DNA from: Phoronis australis
Taxonomy: Eukaryota; Animalia; Phoronida
Assembly (NCBI GenBank): GCA_002633005.1
Contig: NMRA01000047.1
Location: 1,173,137 to 1,237,136 of the forward strand
Length of the DNA: 64,000 bases
Reading direction: 5' to 3'
Below the pieces are notes generated by a model. That model had not been told where the DNA came from. It saw only the letters and a program-made list of their open reading frames with translations, and ran no database searches. Made by a program: the position numbers and the translations under genes. This document shows positions 36,644 through 47,639 of the stretch, one piece after another (positions within the stretch are counted from its first letter, which is position 1; every line of letters starts with the position of its first letter).

Positions 36644-38662
36644 ATGATGCTGAAAAATAGTGCTTTTACTGTATTGTTGATTGCATGGCAAATCCAAGAC
36701 ACTTTCTGTGATGAGGTGCTGATTATTGATGACTCACAAGGACTTGGACGTCAGTTCAATGGGATTGGAGCAATAAGCGGGGGAGGAGCCACATCAAAAC
36801 TTTTAATGAACTATCCTGAAAAGGAGCGGAATGAAATCCTGGATTACCTATTCAAACCAAACTTTGCTGCCTCATTGCATTTATTAAAAGTTGAAATTGG
36901 TGGAGATGCCCAAAGCACAGAGGGCACTGAAGCTTCTCACATGCATGTTTTTTGGGAAGAAAACTACCAGAGAGGTTATGAATGGTGGCTCATGAAAGAG
37001 GCAAAGAAGCGAAATCCAGCTATTAAACTGTATGCCTTGCCATGGGCTTTTCCTGGTTGGGTTGGGAAGGGACGTGGAAACCCTTACAAGTATAGGGATC
37101 TGACTGCTATGTATGTGCTTAAATGGATAATTGGAGCCAAGGAGCACCATAATTTAACCATTGACTATGTAGGTATTTGGAACGAAAAAGAGTATGATGT
37201 TGATTATATTTTGTTGTTGCGACAACTTCTAAATAAGAATGGATTTGATCACATTAAAATAGTTGCTGCTGATGGGCACTGGGAAGGTATTGTCAGTGAC
37301 ATTGGTAAAAATGAAACTCTTGCTCACTCGGTGGACTTTATTGGAGCACATTATCCTGGTACCAAGAGTACTCCAGATGCTGTCAAAACTGGTATACCCT
37401 TGTGGGCCTCTGAAGATTATAGCACTGTTGATGACAATGTTGGTGCTGGATGCTGGGCAAGACTTTTGAACCAGAACTATCTAAATGGCATGATGACTGG
37501 GACTATAGCTTGGAACCTGATCGCTGCATATTACCGCAAACTGCCATTTGGTCGCGCTGGATTGATGACAGCGGAGCAGCCATGGAGTGGCTATTATGTT
37601 GTGAGCAATCCAATATGGGTAACCGCTCACACTACACAATTTACACAGCCTGGATGGTATTATCTCAAGCATAGTTATGGAGTTGGTCGTTTGCCTAAGG
37701 GAGGTTCATATGCATCTCTTGTAAGCCCTGACAAGAAAGATTTTACTTTAATCATTGAAACTATGTCACATGACCACTCCATATGTGTGCGTCCATTTCT
37801 ACCATCTTATGATGTTCAGAAGCAGAATGTTACATTCAAATTGAAAGGTTCTTTGGCATCTTCTGTTGATACACTTTATATATGGCACAGTCAACTTAAC
37901 TATGGTGAAAAAGTTAACAAAACTGTCATGTTTAAAAAAGCTGTTCCTGGACCAGTCTACAATGGTACCTTTTCCCTTTTTCTAGACATTGATAGTATTG
38001 TTACTGTGACTACTGTTGCCACTGGCAACAAAGGCATGCACGAGGAGCCCCCATCACCAAAAGACTTCCCATTGCCTTACCATGACAACTTTGAAGTTTA
38101 CCCTTTGTTTTCCGAAGCCAACAATTTTGCTCAGCAAGTGGGTGCTTTTGAAATCCAGGAAGAAGGTGATGAAAGACACAATCATGTTTTACGTCAAATG
38201 GTACTTGAGGCACCGATTCATTGGTGTACGCCCATGGTTAACCCTGTGACACTTATTGGGAATATCGACTGGGCCAATGTTACTGTCCAAGCAGATGTAT
38301 TGGTTCCAAAAGTTAATGGTAGCAAAGGAGTGTTTATTGCAGCTAGACTCAACCTCGGCGGCTGCTTGACCTTTACACAACGTGGCATATATTTTGTCCT
38401 TTACCCAGGACTCGGCAAGTTCAATGTCTTTAGCGACCTCTCTGGAGTTCTACCTTTGAAAACGGGAGCTTTTGAGTCTAAACCAGATACGTGGTACACG
38501 ATGATTCTACGCGTTACTGAGCAAAGTACAAGCGGATACATAGATGGAAGAATGATGTTCTCTATTGAGACTCCAAAATACCCAAGGACTGGTTTTGTTG
38601 GTCTTGGCACTGAAATGTATGGATATGCGAACTTTGATAACTTTAGTGTTAGATCCAGCTAG
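36644..38662 (+). CDS. GALC: Galactocerebrosidase (glycoside hydrolase family 59), intronless CDS
   Basis: Uninterrupted 672-codon ORF from the first ATG (36644) with a signal-peptide-like N-terminus. It has GIGAISGGGATSKLL, LKVEIGGDAQSTEGTEASHMH, YQRGYEWWLMKEAKKRNP, the catalytic GIWNE and LWASED motifs, and a C-terminal lectin-like domain ending ANFDNFSV. Confidence 0.97.
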   Translation: MMLKNSAFTVLLIAWQIQDTFCDEVLIIDDSQGLGRQFNGIGAISGGGATSKLLMNYPEKERNEILDYLFKPNFAASLHLLKVEIGGDAQSTEGTEASHMHVFWEENYQRGYEWWLMKEAKKRNPAIKLYALPWAFPGWVGKGRGNPYKYRDLTAMYVLKWIIGAKEHHNLTIDYVGIWNEKEYDVDYILLLRQLLNKNGFDHIKIVAADGHWEGIVSDIGKNETLAHSVDFIGAHYPGTKSTPDAVKTGIPLWASEDYSTVDDNVGAGCWARLLNQNYLNGMMTGTIAWNLIAAYYRKLPFGRAGLMTAEQPWSGYYVVSNPIWVTAHTTQFTQPGWYYLKHSYGVGRLPKGGSYASLVSPDKKDFTLIIETMSHDHSICVRPFLPSYDVQKQNVTFKLKGSLASSVDTLYIWHSQLNYGEKVNKTVMFKKAVPGPVYNGTFSLFLDIDSIVTVTTVATGNKGMHEEPPSPKDFPLPYHDNFEVYPLFSEANNFAQQVGAFEIQEEGDERHNHVLRQMVLEAPIHWCTPMVNPVTLIGNIDWANVTVQADVLVPKVNGSKGVFIAARLNLGGCLTFTQRGIYFVLYPGLGKFNVFSDLSGVLPLKTGAFESKPDTWYTMILRVTEQSTSGYIDGRMMFSIETPKYPRTGFVGLGTEMYGYANFDNFSVRSS

Positions 38663-41600
38663 TGTTCTGCTACTGATTATAGCGCGTATTCCATCATTCC
38701 ACCAGCTTTGGTTCTTCGCGTGTATATGTTCGACTCGAAGTAAAGTGTTCTGGTTCATGCGTACAGTTCTTTTAAGAAATTTACTGGAAGTCGTACGTTG
38801 AAAGAACAATGCACGGCGGCGCTGCACTAAAAAAGTGTGTGTGTGTGTGTGTGTGTGGGGGGGGGGGGGTGGGAGGATGTGGGGGGGGCTATAGCCCCCA
38901 GCCCCCTGTGGTGCACCGCCCATATACCATGGGTGGCGCAGCCCATGCAATGTTCGTTAACTGTGCTATATAAAGCTGTGGTGGAGAAAACTTGTTCTCA
39001 AAATGCGGGCACGTTATATCACGCTATTGCTGTGAGGACACATGTCGACAGATAATAAGCATGTTTCATACTGACTGGTGCACTGACTAAAAAGTTTAAG
39101 TCCAATCGTTACGGATTACTACTAGAATGCACCGTAATTGCCGTTAACACGCCTAAATTATGAAAATTTATTGACAGAATCCCCCATCCACATACGAGTA
39201 CCACGATATCCCAGTGCCCACGGCCTGGGTAGACAGGTTCAGTAACTCTAGCACATCGCCAAAAAGCAAAATTTCGCGAGATTATGTGAGATATTGCCGT
39301 GTATTTCAAATGAGAACACGTGTTGGCGAAGTCCTAGCGTTCCAGATAAAATTTGCAACTGGGCATGCATAAACTTACTTTTGTGGTGAAAACTCGCAAG
39401 ACGCGTATATATTCGATTAAAGGAATATTTTCGGCGAGAAAAATGCTTTTCTCAGATCCCGGCCCTCAGCGTGTAATCAACTAAATCTGGAATCCCGGGT
39501 TCGTAGTCCAGTAACGCTCGATGAAGCCCTGGAAATCACGGGCCTGGATTTTAGCGGATGCCTAGCAGACGACAAGAATTGGCAATTTTCAATAAAACCA
39601 CAAAGACAACCGATGCTGTTGTTGTTATAGCGCTAGTCAAAGCTTAATAACTTTAAGTCCAAGACGTCTATCCCAGCCACCAATAATCCCCAAAATACGT
39701 TTTTCGGCTCTAAAACCGATAATGTTCTTTTAACGCGACTTATATTGATTCTAATTTGTATTATTGAAATGTCTGCTGTTGTATCTTTATAGGTTTTCCT
39801 GGATGTAAAACATGTTTTAAATGATTAACTTGACAAAAACTTATGACCCTGTACGAGCTCTACATATGTAGCTCAGTCATAATTATCGATCACGAAATGA
39901 AACTGAACTGAAATATCATTCCTGAACTAAAAAGTTGTGCTCTCTGACGAATACAACATCAATCATTTTACACTGAAAGACATTGGGCTTCCTATACGAA
40001 TGAGCGTTTTAGGTTTTGAACGCTGAAATTAAGGTTCAGTGATGTCACGCTCGCCCTCTAAATTTTAAACTACTTTTCTAATTTTGCATTCACCATGGTT
40101 AAAATTTGCAGACCTCAGGCCAAAGAAACAATAGTTGTACGAAGGCGTTTTTTTACTGTGTGTGGACCTTTGACGTGGGAGACTTGTTACAAATATTGCA
40201 TATTCCAGCACCGATTACGCCGACGCCACCCGAGCCGATTTTCCAATACATTACATATTTGAAATTAGAGAATGAATATCCCGGCCATGCATTTGTTAAC
40301 CGACGGCTGATCATTCAAAGCCCTCAACCCAACCTAGTTTAGCAAGGAGCGCCACATGCGTCAAAGCATGGCACCAAAACTGAGTGACAACAACTGGGTA
40401 ACTAAAATAAAAGTTGCGAACACCTACTATAATGTAAACGACCTTAGTTGACCAGTGAAGAAACACTTTTGAACCGTAAAGCTAATCGCAATGCGTGAAA
40501 CTGAAGACGTTTTGCGTCGGTTTATATTGAATTACTCGACTGATTTCCAAAGAATCTGTCATTTTTTGGAACTTTTAAAGATATACTTGCCGCATGCTTC
40601 CAGCTGTGCTAATATATGTCAGGAACAAAGCGACAATGCTATTTGAACATCATCTACGCTAAACGAAGTGTAGAACTTTGTTGTATTCATTGACAACAGG
40701 TAAATGTGAAAACAAAAGTCTGCAAATAGGTGACCTTTGCACTAATGGCGTACCTTGGGGCTCACTAGCCCCCATCATGTACTGTTATTCCCAAACACCA
40801 CGTCATGATAGTTACTGGACAGGGTTCAGTGATTTACAGGGGACCCTTTTCGACACAAAACTCTTTCTTAATTTGTCAATTTTCAACGCACTTCATATCC
40901 ACATCGTCGCTATATGTGTGTTTCTAACCAATTGGAAGTGTCTGTGTTATTTTTTTTCTGATTAATTTTCACATTACAATGAATTATAACAAAATGTTAG
41001 AAGAAAAATCCACTTTATGACTCAGGGTTGTTGATTTATTTGTGTTTAAGAAAAATTGTAAAAAATAATTTTAACCCAGTGAAACAGTACGAGAACAGGA
41101 ACATGTTGTCAACATTAGTACATCATTTGCAATAAAAGTTTTTAAATTGACAGAAACTTTTCGTTATCCTTTTGATGCCAGGAACAGATATCAATCTCGC
41201 GGAGTTAATATCGTTTTTACGGCCGAGGAACGCAGTTTTGGGCTTTTTATTGGATGGGAGAGACCTTATGACGTCATTATCTTTGACTAGCGTTATAAAT
41301 TACTGAAACCCGTTGTGGTTTTTGATTCCAAATCGCCAATTCTGCGTCGACAATCATGGCCCGGAATCAAGGCCAGAGACCTTTGAAAGGCCTGGAACGC
41401 GATAAACAGACTAAATTTTACCTGAAGACGCATATATACGGTTTGTAGAGATTAATCACTTTATTAGCATTTCAAGAAGGCAGAAATTCCATGAGGCAAT
41501 GAGAGTCATTATTTACCCCACGTCGCCATTGCTCGGTGCATGCCTACAATACACTCTTTCAAAGTGCTACTTTTCCGTATAGGTGGCGCTGTTTCAGAGG

Positions 41601-42146
41601 TATGCCCAATGGGATAACTATGGAAGACAGCAGGAAGAGATAACCAGGACTCAGGGGTTATATTTATCTCATTGAGTAGTGTCGTGCCCTCTCCATATAC
41701 ATAGCTGATTGCCGTGCACGGTGTTATTAAATGGTGGTGAACTGCTTCGTGTGATTTGACCTATTTCGTGTTCACCTACGCCTTGTTACAGAGTCAAAGG
41801 TCAACTCAATTTTTGCGTAGTTTTTATTTTCTAATGTTTAAAATAACTAGTGATACAATTACACCAGAATTTGAATAAAATCCAAATAATAACACCTTGA
41901 AGATTTTTTACTATTATATTTGGACCTTGGAATTTTGTACAGGCAGTGGTTGTGTAGTGGGAATCAACTCCCTTGGATGCCGGGAGTCCCAAAATGTGCC
42001 AATACCATTGGATTGTTTTTGAAACCGAAAGGAAAAGTTTCCGTAACACGTGATCTGATTTTATCTCCTAGAAACGAAAGCACTGAATAGGTTTCAACTT
42101 CCTTGTTTGCTCGACGACTCCATTAGTACACGGCAATTCTACCAGG

Positions 42147-43095
42147 ATGGGGGACCAGTTGAACCGTTCGAATCTTCGACAGCTCCTTGGAAGCGACGTC
42201 GTCAACATGCAGCGAGTTAGACGGCCGCTTGGTAATAACCAAGGAACCTATGGACCAGTGTCGCACTCTGGGGTAGTAGTTCAGACAAGCCAACCGGTTG
42301 GCGGCACGGACAGATGGCTCGTGCACAAAGGTGAGTTTCACGATAGGGCAGGAATGACTTGTGCAATAGTTTTCATGTCAATTCTGAAAAAATAATCTCC
42401 ACTTTAAAATTATAATATTTGCTAATTCGTTATCCTATTGACAGTTTTAGGTACTTGCGATACGTGCTGGTTGCTTCTAACATGATTGCCACCAATATTT
42501 TAAGCCGCCTGACTAATGCACGCATGTAGAGCCCACAACATATAGGTCCTCTTTGGAAACCAGACTCTCAGGTGTCCTAAGAGGAAAACCGACCAGCACA
42601 AGCTCTTGTCAAAGCAGCATATTTTAATTAAAGCATGTGTTATTTGCTGTTAAAAGAAAATACGAAATTTGCAATGGTTTATTACGGTATAATTTTGTTA
42701 ACAGACAGGCACTGCGATGTATACACACTATATAGACACGTAGACAGACACTCAGATCGAAAAGCGTATAGGTATGCAGAAGGCAAACACTTGGGCTTTT
42801 TAAGGGAGTGATATCGGTAGTATTTATCTCTGAACTACAGTATGACAATTAAAATGTTTTAGGAAAAGACTTCGGTAGTCAAGGACAGACAGTCGTCACC
42901 AAAGTTGGCCATATGAGCAGTCGATGGAAAAACGAGGGACCGACGCAGCCCGGAAACGGACGCACTGTTTCCGATCTTGTTAAAAAGGGGGGCCAAGATT
43001 ACAACGCACTGGTTAACAACTGTCACCACGCTGCCACGCGAATGATGTCAAATGAGAAGCCGCCCAAGACTGTACAGGGCGCTCCACGCAAATGA
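42147..43095 (+). CDS. Uncharacterised 138-aa protein with a permuted papain-like (LRAT/PPPDE-type NlpC/P60) signature, 2 coding exons
   Basis: Exons 42147-42330 and 42863-43095 (AAAG|GTGAGT ... TTTTAG|GA, phase 1). Product: MGDQLNRSNLRQLLGSDVVNMQRVRRPLGNNQGTYGPVSHSGVVVQTSQPVGGTDRWLVHKGKDFGSQGQTVVTKVGHMSSRWKNEGPTQPGNGRTVSDLVKKGGQDYNALVNNCHHAATRMM...; AATAAA at ~43218. Confidence 0.75.
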
Positions 43096-43701
43096 TGTCC
43101 GGATAGGTCGAAGATGGTTTGGTTGAAATTTATGATACAACTGTAATTACAATCTCTGAAGACTGGTAATGAATTTTACCGAATGTACGCATATTACATC
43201 ACTTAATAATACATAAAAATAAACAGCAACCACCCAAAGTAGCTAAAAATGTTAAAGGAATTGATATCAATCATGCCCAGCATGTTTGTTTTTGAATTTC
43301 GTATGAACTGCAATCATAGCCCATTTGCGCGTATGGAAAAGGAGGGAGGGTAAGGGGTTTCAGTGGGGGAAAATTTTGCTGCCGAGGGCCATAATACAAA
43401 CACAGACTGCAACACGAGTCGATGGTTCTATATATATGAAGCCCATGGAAGGTATAAAAATGCCAAGATCTGGCAATTCATAATTCTTTGAAAACTTAGT
43501 AATATTTAGACAGATTTTGATATTTTGTATTGAAATGAATCAGAATTGCAACCGGGCTCTAAAAGCGTATGTCAATTACGATACTCACTCAGGCCACGTG
43601 ACCACGACTTGTACTGGACCCAGGGTGATGACACCATTTGTGCGCCAGCCAACACTAACAGACAGTGCTGTTCTTCACTGGAACTATTTATGGATATGTG
43701 G

Positions 43702-45357
43702 GAGTATCTGGTAAATGTGAGTCGATTTTGAACAAAAACATACCGTCGTGGTCGACATAAGCTAATTTATGATTAACTTTCAAAATTAAAGAGAAAAATG
43801 CAACAGTGAAATAACCGAATGCCACACCCCAGACGGTAGACGGCTTACCACTGCCGTAAATCAAACGGGAAGCTGAAACGTAAACATGCACAAAAATCAA
43901 CCGCTGCATACTTGCAATGTGGCCATCCGGAATAGCGGACGCAGGACTTCAGACACTCAGGCAGCTGAGCAAAAGGATTTATAATGCAACTTCAGAATTC
44001 ACTATGTAACATATCACAAATTAATTCTTAATTCTGAACGTTTGAGGATTGAATAAGGCCACAATACAGAGCATTATTTGTTACAAATATCTGTGACTCG
44101 TCTAATAGGCTAAATCAATGGTTCGCCTGCATGCGTATGACGTCAGCGCCAAGGCCTTGGTCAACATCACCATTCTCCAGGGTGCACTGATTGTTGCCAG
44201 CAGATAATCCTCCTTCACTTTCAACTTTCACATTTTGTACTTTCCTTCCTCTTACTGTTTCCACTTAAATAAAATCAAACTTTGTCAAATGTTCATAAGT
44301 TTTAACATTGTCTCAGTTTGTATTTTCACGACATGTCATATCAAAGTTTTTGGAATACTGAAAAATGAACCGTGCAACTAATATTTCAATAATATCAGTT
44401 TTCTGCTAAGAATTAGAATTATTAACAAAACGGATCCACCAGTTGACTGTTCGCTTTCATGAACTTGTCTTTAGAACAGCTGGTATTTTTTCTTTTTACC
44501 TGGTGTTACTTTTTGCCAAATCTCTTGTGGTTCTAGCAACGANGAGTATCTGGTAAATGTGAGTCGATTTTGAACAAAAACATACCGTCGTGGTCGACAT
44601 AAGCTAATTTATGATTAACTTTCAAAATTAAAGAGAAAAATGCAACAGTGAAATAACCGAATGCCACACCCCAGACGGTAGACGGCTTACCACTGCCGTA
44701 AATCAAACGGGAAGCTGAAACGTAAACATGCACAAAAATCAACCGCTGCATACTTGCAATGTGGCCATCCGGAATAGCGGACGCAGGACTTCAGACACTC
44801 AGGCAGCTGAGCAAAAGGATTTATAATGCAACTTCAGAATTCACTATGTAACATATCACAAATTAATTCTTAATTCTGAACGTTTGAGGATTGAATAAGG
44901 CCACAATACAGAGCATTATTTGTTACAAATATCTGTGACTCGTCTAATAGGCTAAATCAATGGTTCGCCTGCATGCGTATGACGTCAGCGCCAAGGCCTT
45001 GGTCAACATCACCATTCTCCAGGGTGCACTGATTGTTGCCAGCAGATAATCCTCCTTCACTTTCAACTTTCACATTTTGAACTTTCCTTCCTCTTACTGT
45101 TTCCACTTAAATAAAATCAAACTTTGTCAAATGCTCATAAGTTTTAACATTGTCTCAGTTTGTATTTTCACGACATGTCATATCAAAGTTTTTGGGATAC
45201 TGAAAAATGAACCGTGCAACTAATATTTCAATAATATCAGTTTTCTGTTAAGAATTAGAATTATTAACAAAACGGATCCACCAGTTGACTGTTCGCTTTC
45301 ATGAACTTGTCTTTAGAACAGCTGGTATTTTTTCTTTTTACCTGGTTCTAGCAACGA
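43702..45357. repeat. Near-identical direct duplication (43702-44542 and 44544-45357) across an N gap
   Basis: The two copies differ by a few substitutions and a 27-bp indel and are separated by a single N at 44543; probably a haplotype overlap in the assembly. Confidence 0.9.
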
Positions 45358-46441
45358 GTGTGGAAAAGAATTTATATGAACACGTGTTAGTGCGTAACTG
45401 CTTGTTTGTATCTGATTGGCTACTGGCTAAACGCTAGCGAAAACTGCATTTGACTGTACGCAAATGCATAAAACTGATTATACCGACCCGGGCGTATTTT
45501 TTGAAAGGGGGAGGGGCGTATTTTCCGAAACTATGCAAAGCATTTAGTGGTATCATTTAAATAAACAGGTCCTTTTTATTACATGTAATTGTATCTCACG
45601 GGTAAGAATTTGATTTTTCCGCACTTGTCGCAGAATGTGTTATTGTGTTTTGGCATCATTTTGGTTTAGTCGTTGTATTACATAACTTTCTGTTGTTGTT
45701 TACTACCACATTCTTAGAGTAGGGGAATAGTAACTTTGGCCTATTCCTATAACTGTTTGTTTGTGAGCATAGTGCATCCCTTATTTGTTCATCTTATTTG
45801 AGTGGTTAATTTGTGTTTCGCTAGGCTATGTGTATTATTTCACTTGTATTCAGTACAATTAGTTGTTTTCCCGCATTGAGAGTTGTTCTCCTCGTGTAAC
45901 GTTTGCAGTCTTCAATATACTGGTCAAGACTCATCCCTTGTTCTTTCCTACGAACCACCTCTGCTTACGTAACCAAACCCGGCACATTTTCCCGTACGCC
46001 ACAGTACTTATCTCTCATTCAACAAACACAGTTAAGTAAAACTGTCCTTCACACTCTTCTAATACGGTTGGTTACCAATCAAGTCACCCAATGCCTCATT
46101 AAATTCATTTGAGTGAAACCGCAGTCTCAAAACAGTGTTTCGCCAAAATAAAGCATTAGCCATTAAACTGAAATATATTACATACGTATTTTAGAACAAT
46201 CCACCAGCAAAACATACTAACAGTAATCGAAAATACGTGGATGCTTGTACGTTTTGAAATTTGTTTCGAAAATACGCCGATGATCGTACTTGATATGGGC
46301 ATGGTCTATGGGAAAATTTCGGTAGTTGTGTAACTTGGATGTGCTGGGACCACATATCTGTTCAAATCTTGTTGGCATTTGACGTGTACAGTTGGTGACG
46401 TCGAACTATTCGTGACGTATTCACTTTACAATTCTTGTGAA

Positions 46442-47215
46442 ATGAACCTAGGAATGGCTCACAGACTCATTCGAGACTTTACAAAAGTCACGATATTATG
46501 GTTTATAGGCTTTATTCGGCAAATTGTGCTGAGGACAAAAGATAAAGTAAACTCTGTCACCAGGAGATTTCTGTGCATTGGTAACAAAGATGCTTCCGCA
46601 AGCACGGCAATTGACAAATGGTTTGGAGACATATCTGACGCGTCCGAAAGTGTTCAGAAAGCAGACGTTGACACTAAATTAATGGAATCTTATGTCAGAT
46701 GTGTAACAGATCTGTGTTGCCTTCTTGTAATGGCATCACGCCGCAAAAAGGCAAACGCTGTCAGAAAATCAACGGCCTTCGCTGTTCAGGTCGGGAAAGA
46801 GCCAATTGGTGAACCTGATGATGGAGGAAAAAAAGAAGTGAAATTGGATGGTAAAAACAAACCAGACAACGTTGACGCTGTTCGACAGGAAGGCAGTCGA
46901 CCGTCAGATACCTTTGGGTTCGCTGATGATGGTGATGGTATGGAGAAAGTTCTGAAATCCGAAGTTAAAACAGTTGAAAGTCACCAATTAGAAGACGCCA
47001 CTACAATTTCGAAGCAACTTTACCCCATTTCCACAGAGAATGGTGTAATGGGGAAGAAGAATATCCAGGAAAAGACGGAGCTCCTAATTGTGGAGGCAGA
47101 GCCAATTGGAGATCGTATTGGCGAAGCAGTAGAGCAGCAGAGGCTACTAGTACAGGAGTTACTGGCAAGTGAAATTCCTATCATGGTGATTCTACGGATA
47201 AACCAAATGTTGTGA
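46442..47215 (+). CDS. Orphan ORF (~257 aa from the first ATG), possibly truncated by a frameshift
   Basis: A long open frame in otherwise stop-rich DNA, with a hydrophobic/basic N-terminal helix and a charged low-complexity middle. No family recognised. A protein-like continuation lies in the -1 frame up to 47370. Confidence 0.45.
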   Translation: MNLGMAHRLIRDFTKVTILWFIGFIRQIVLRTKDKVNSVTRRFLCIGNKDASASTAIDKWFGDISDASESVQKADVDTKLMESYVRCVTDLCCLLVMASRRKKANAVRKSTAFAVQVGKEPIGEPDDGGKKEVKLDGKNKPDNVDAVRQEGSRPSDTFGFADDGDGMEKVLKSEVKTVESHQLEDATTISKQLYPISTENGVMGKKNIQEKTELLIVEAEPIGDRIGEAVEQQRLLVQELLASEIPIMVILRINQML

Positions 47216-47639
47216 AACGGGAGGGAATTTTCAAGCGTTTGAAATCAAGATTCAGACGAAAAAAGCACAAGAGCGAGGACTCTGCACATTCTTCTTTTCA
47301 CACGCAAAATTTCTCTTCACGATGGCGGCATTTGATGTGTTGTAGTGCCTGTGAAGACGAGAACACCTAGATGCCAGATTCCACAACTACCTGACTTAAG
47401 TGTAAGCTCAATCTTGAGCACTTTTGACTCTTCAGGCTTTTTATCATAAAATATGGTGCACTACCGTGTATGTTTCGCAACCTCTAAGATTCTGTTGTGC
47501 GCATATATTGAATGTAAACTGCATGGCGACAACCAAAATAAAATGAAAGTGCAACTGTAAAGTTTGTTTTAAATGCGATTAAGCTGGAAGTGCGCTTAGT
47601 GCTCTCTCACTCCGAGTTGAGACGATTCGGCAGGGATCA

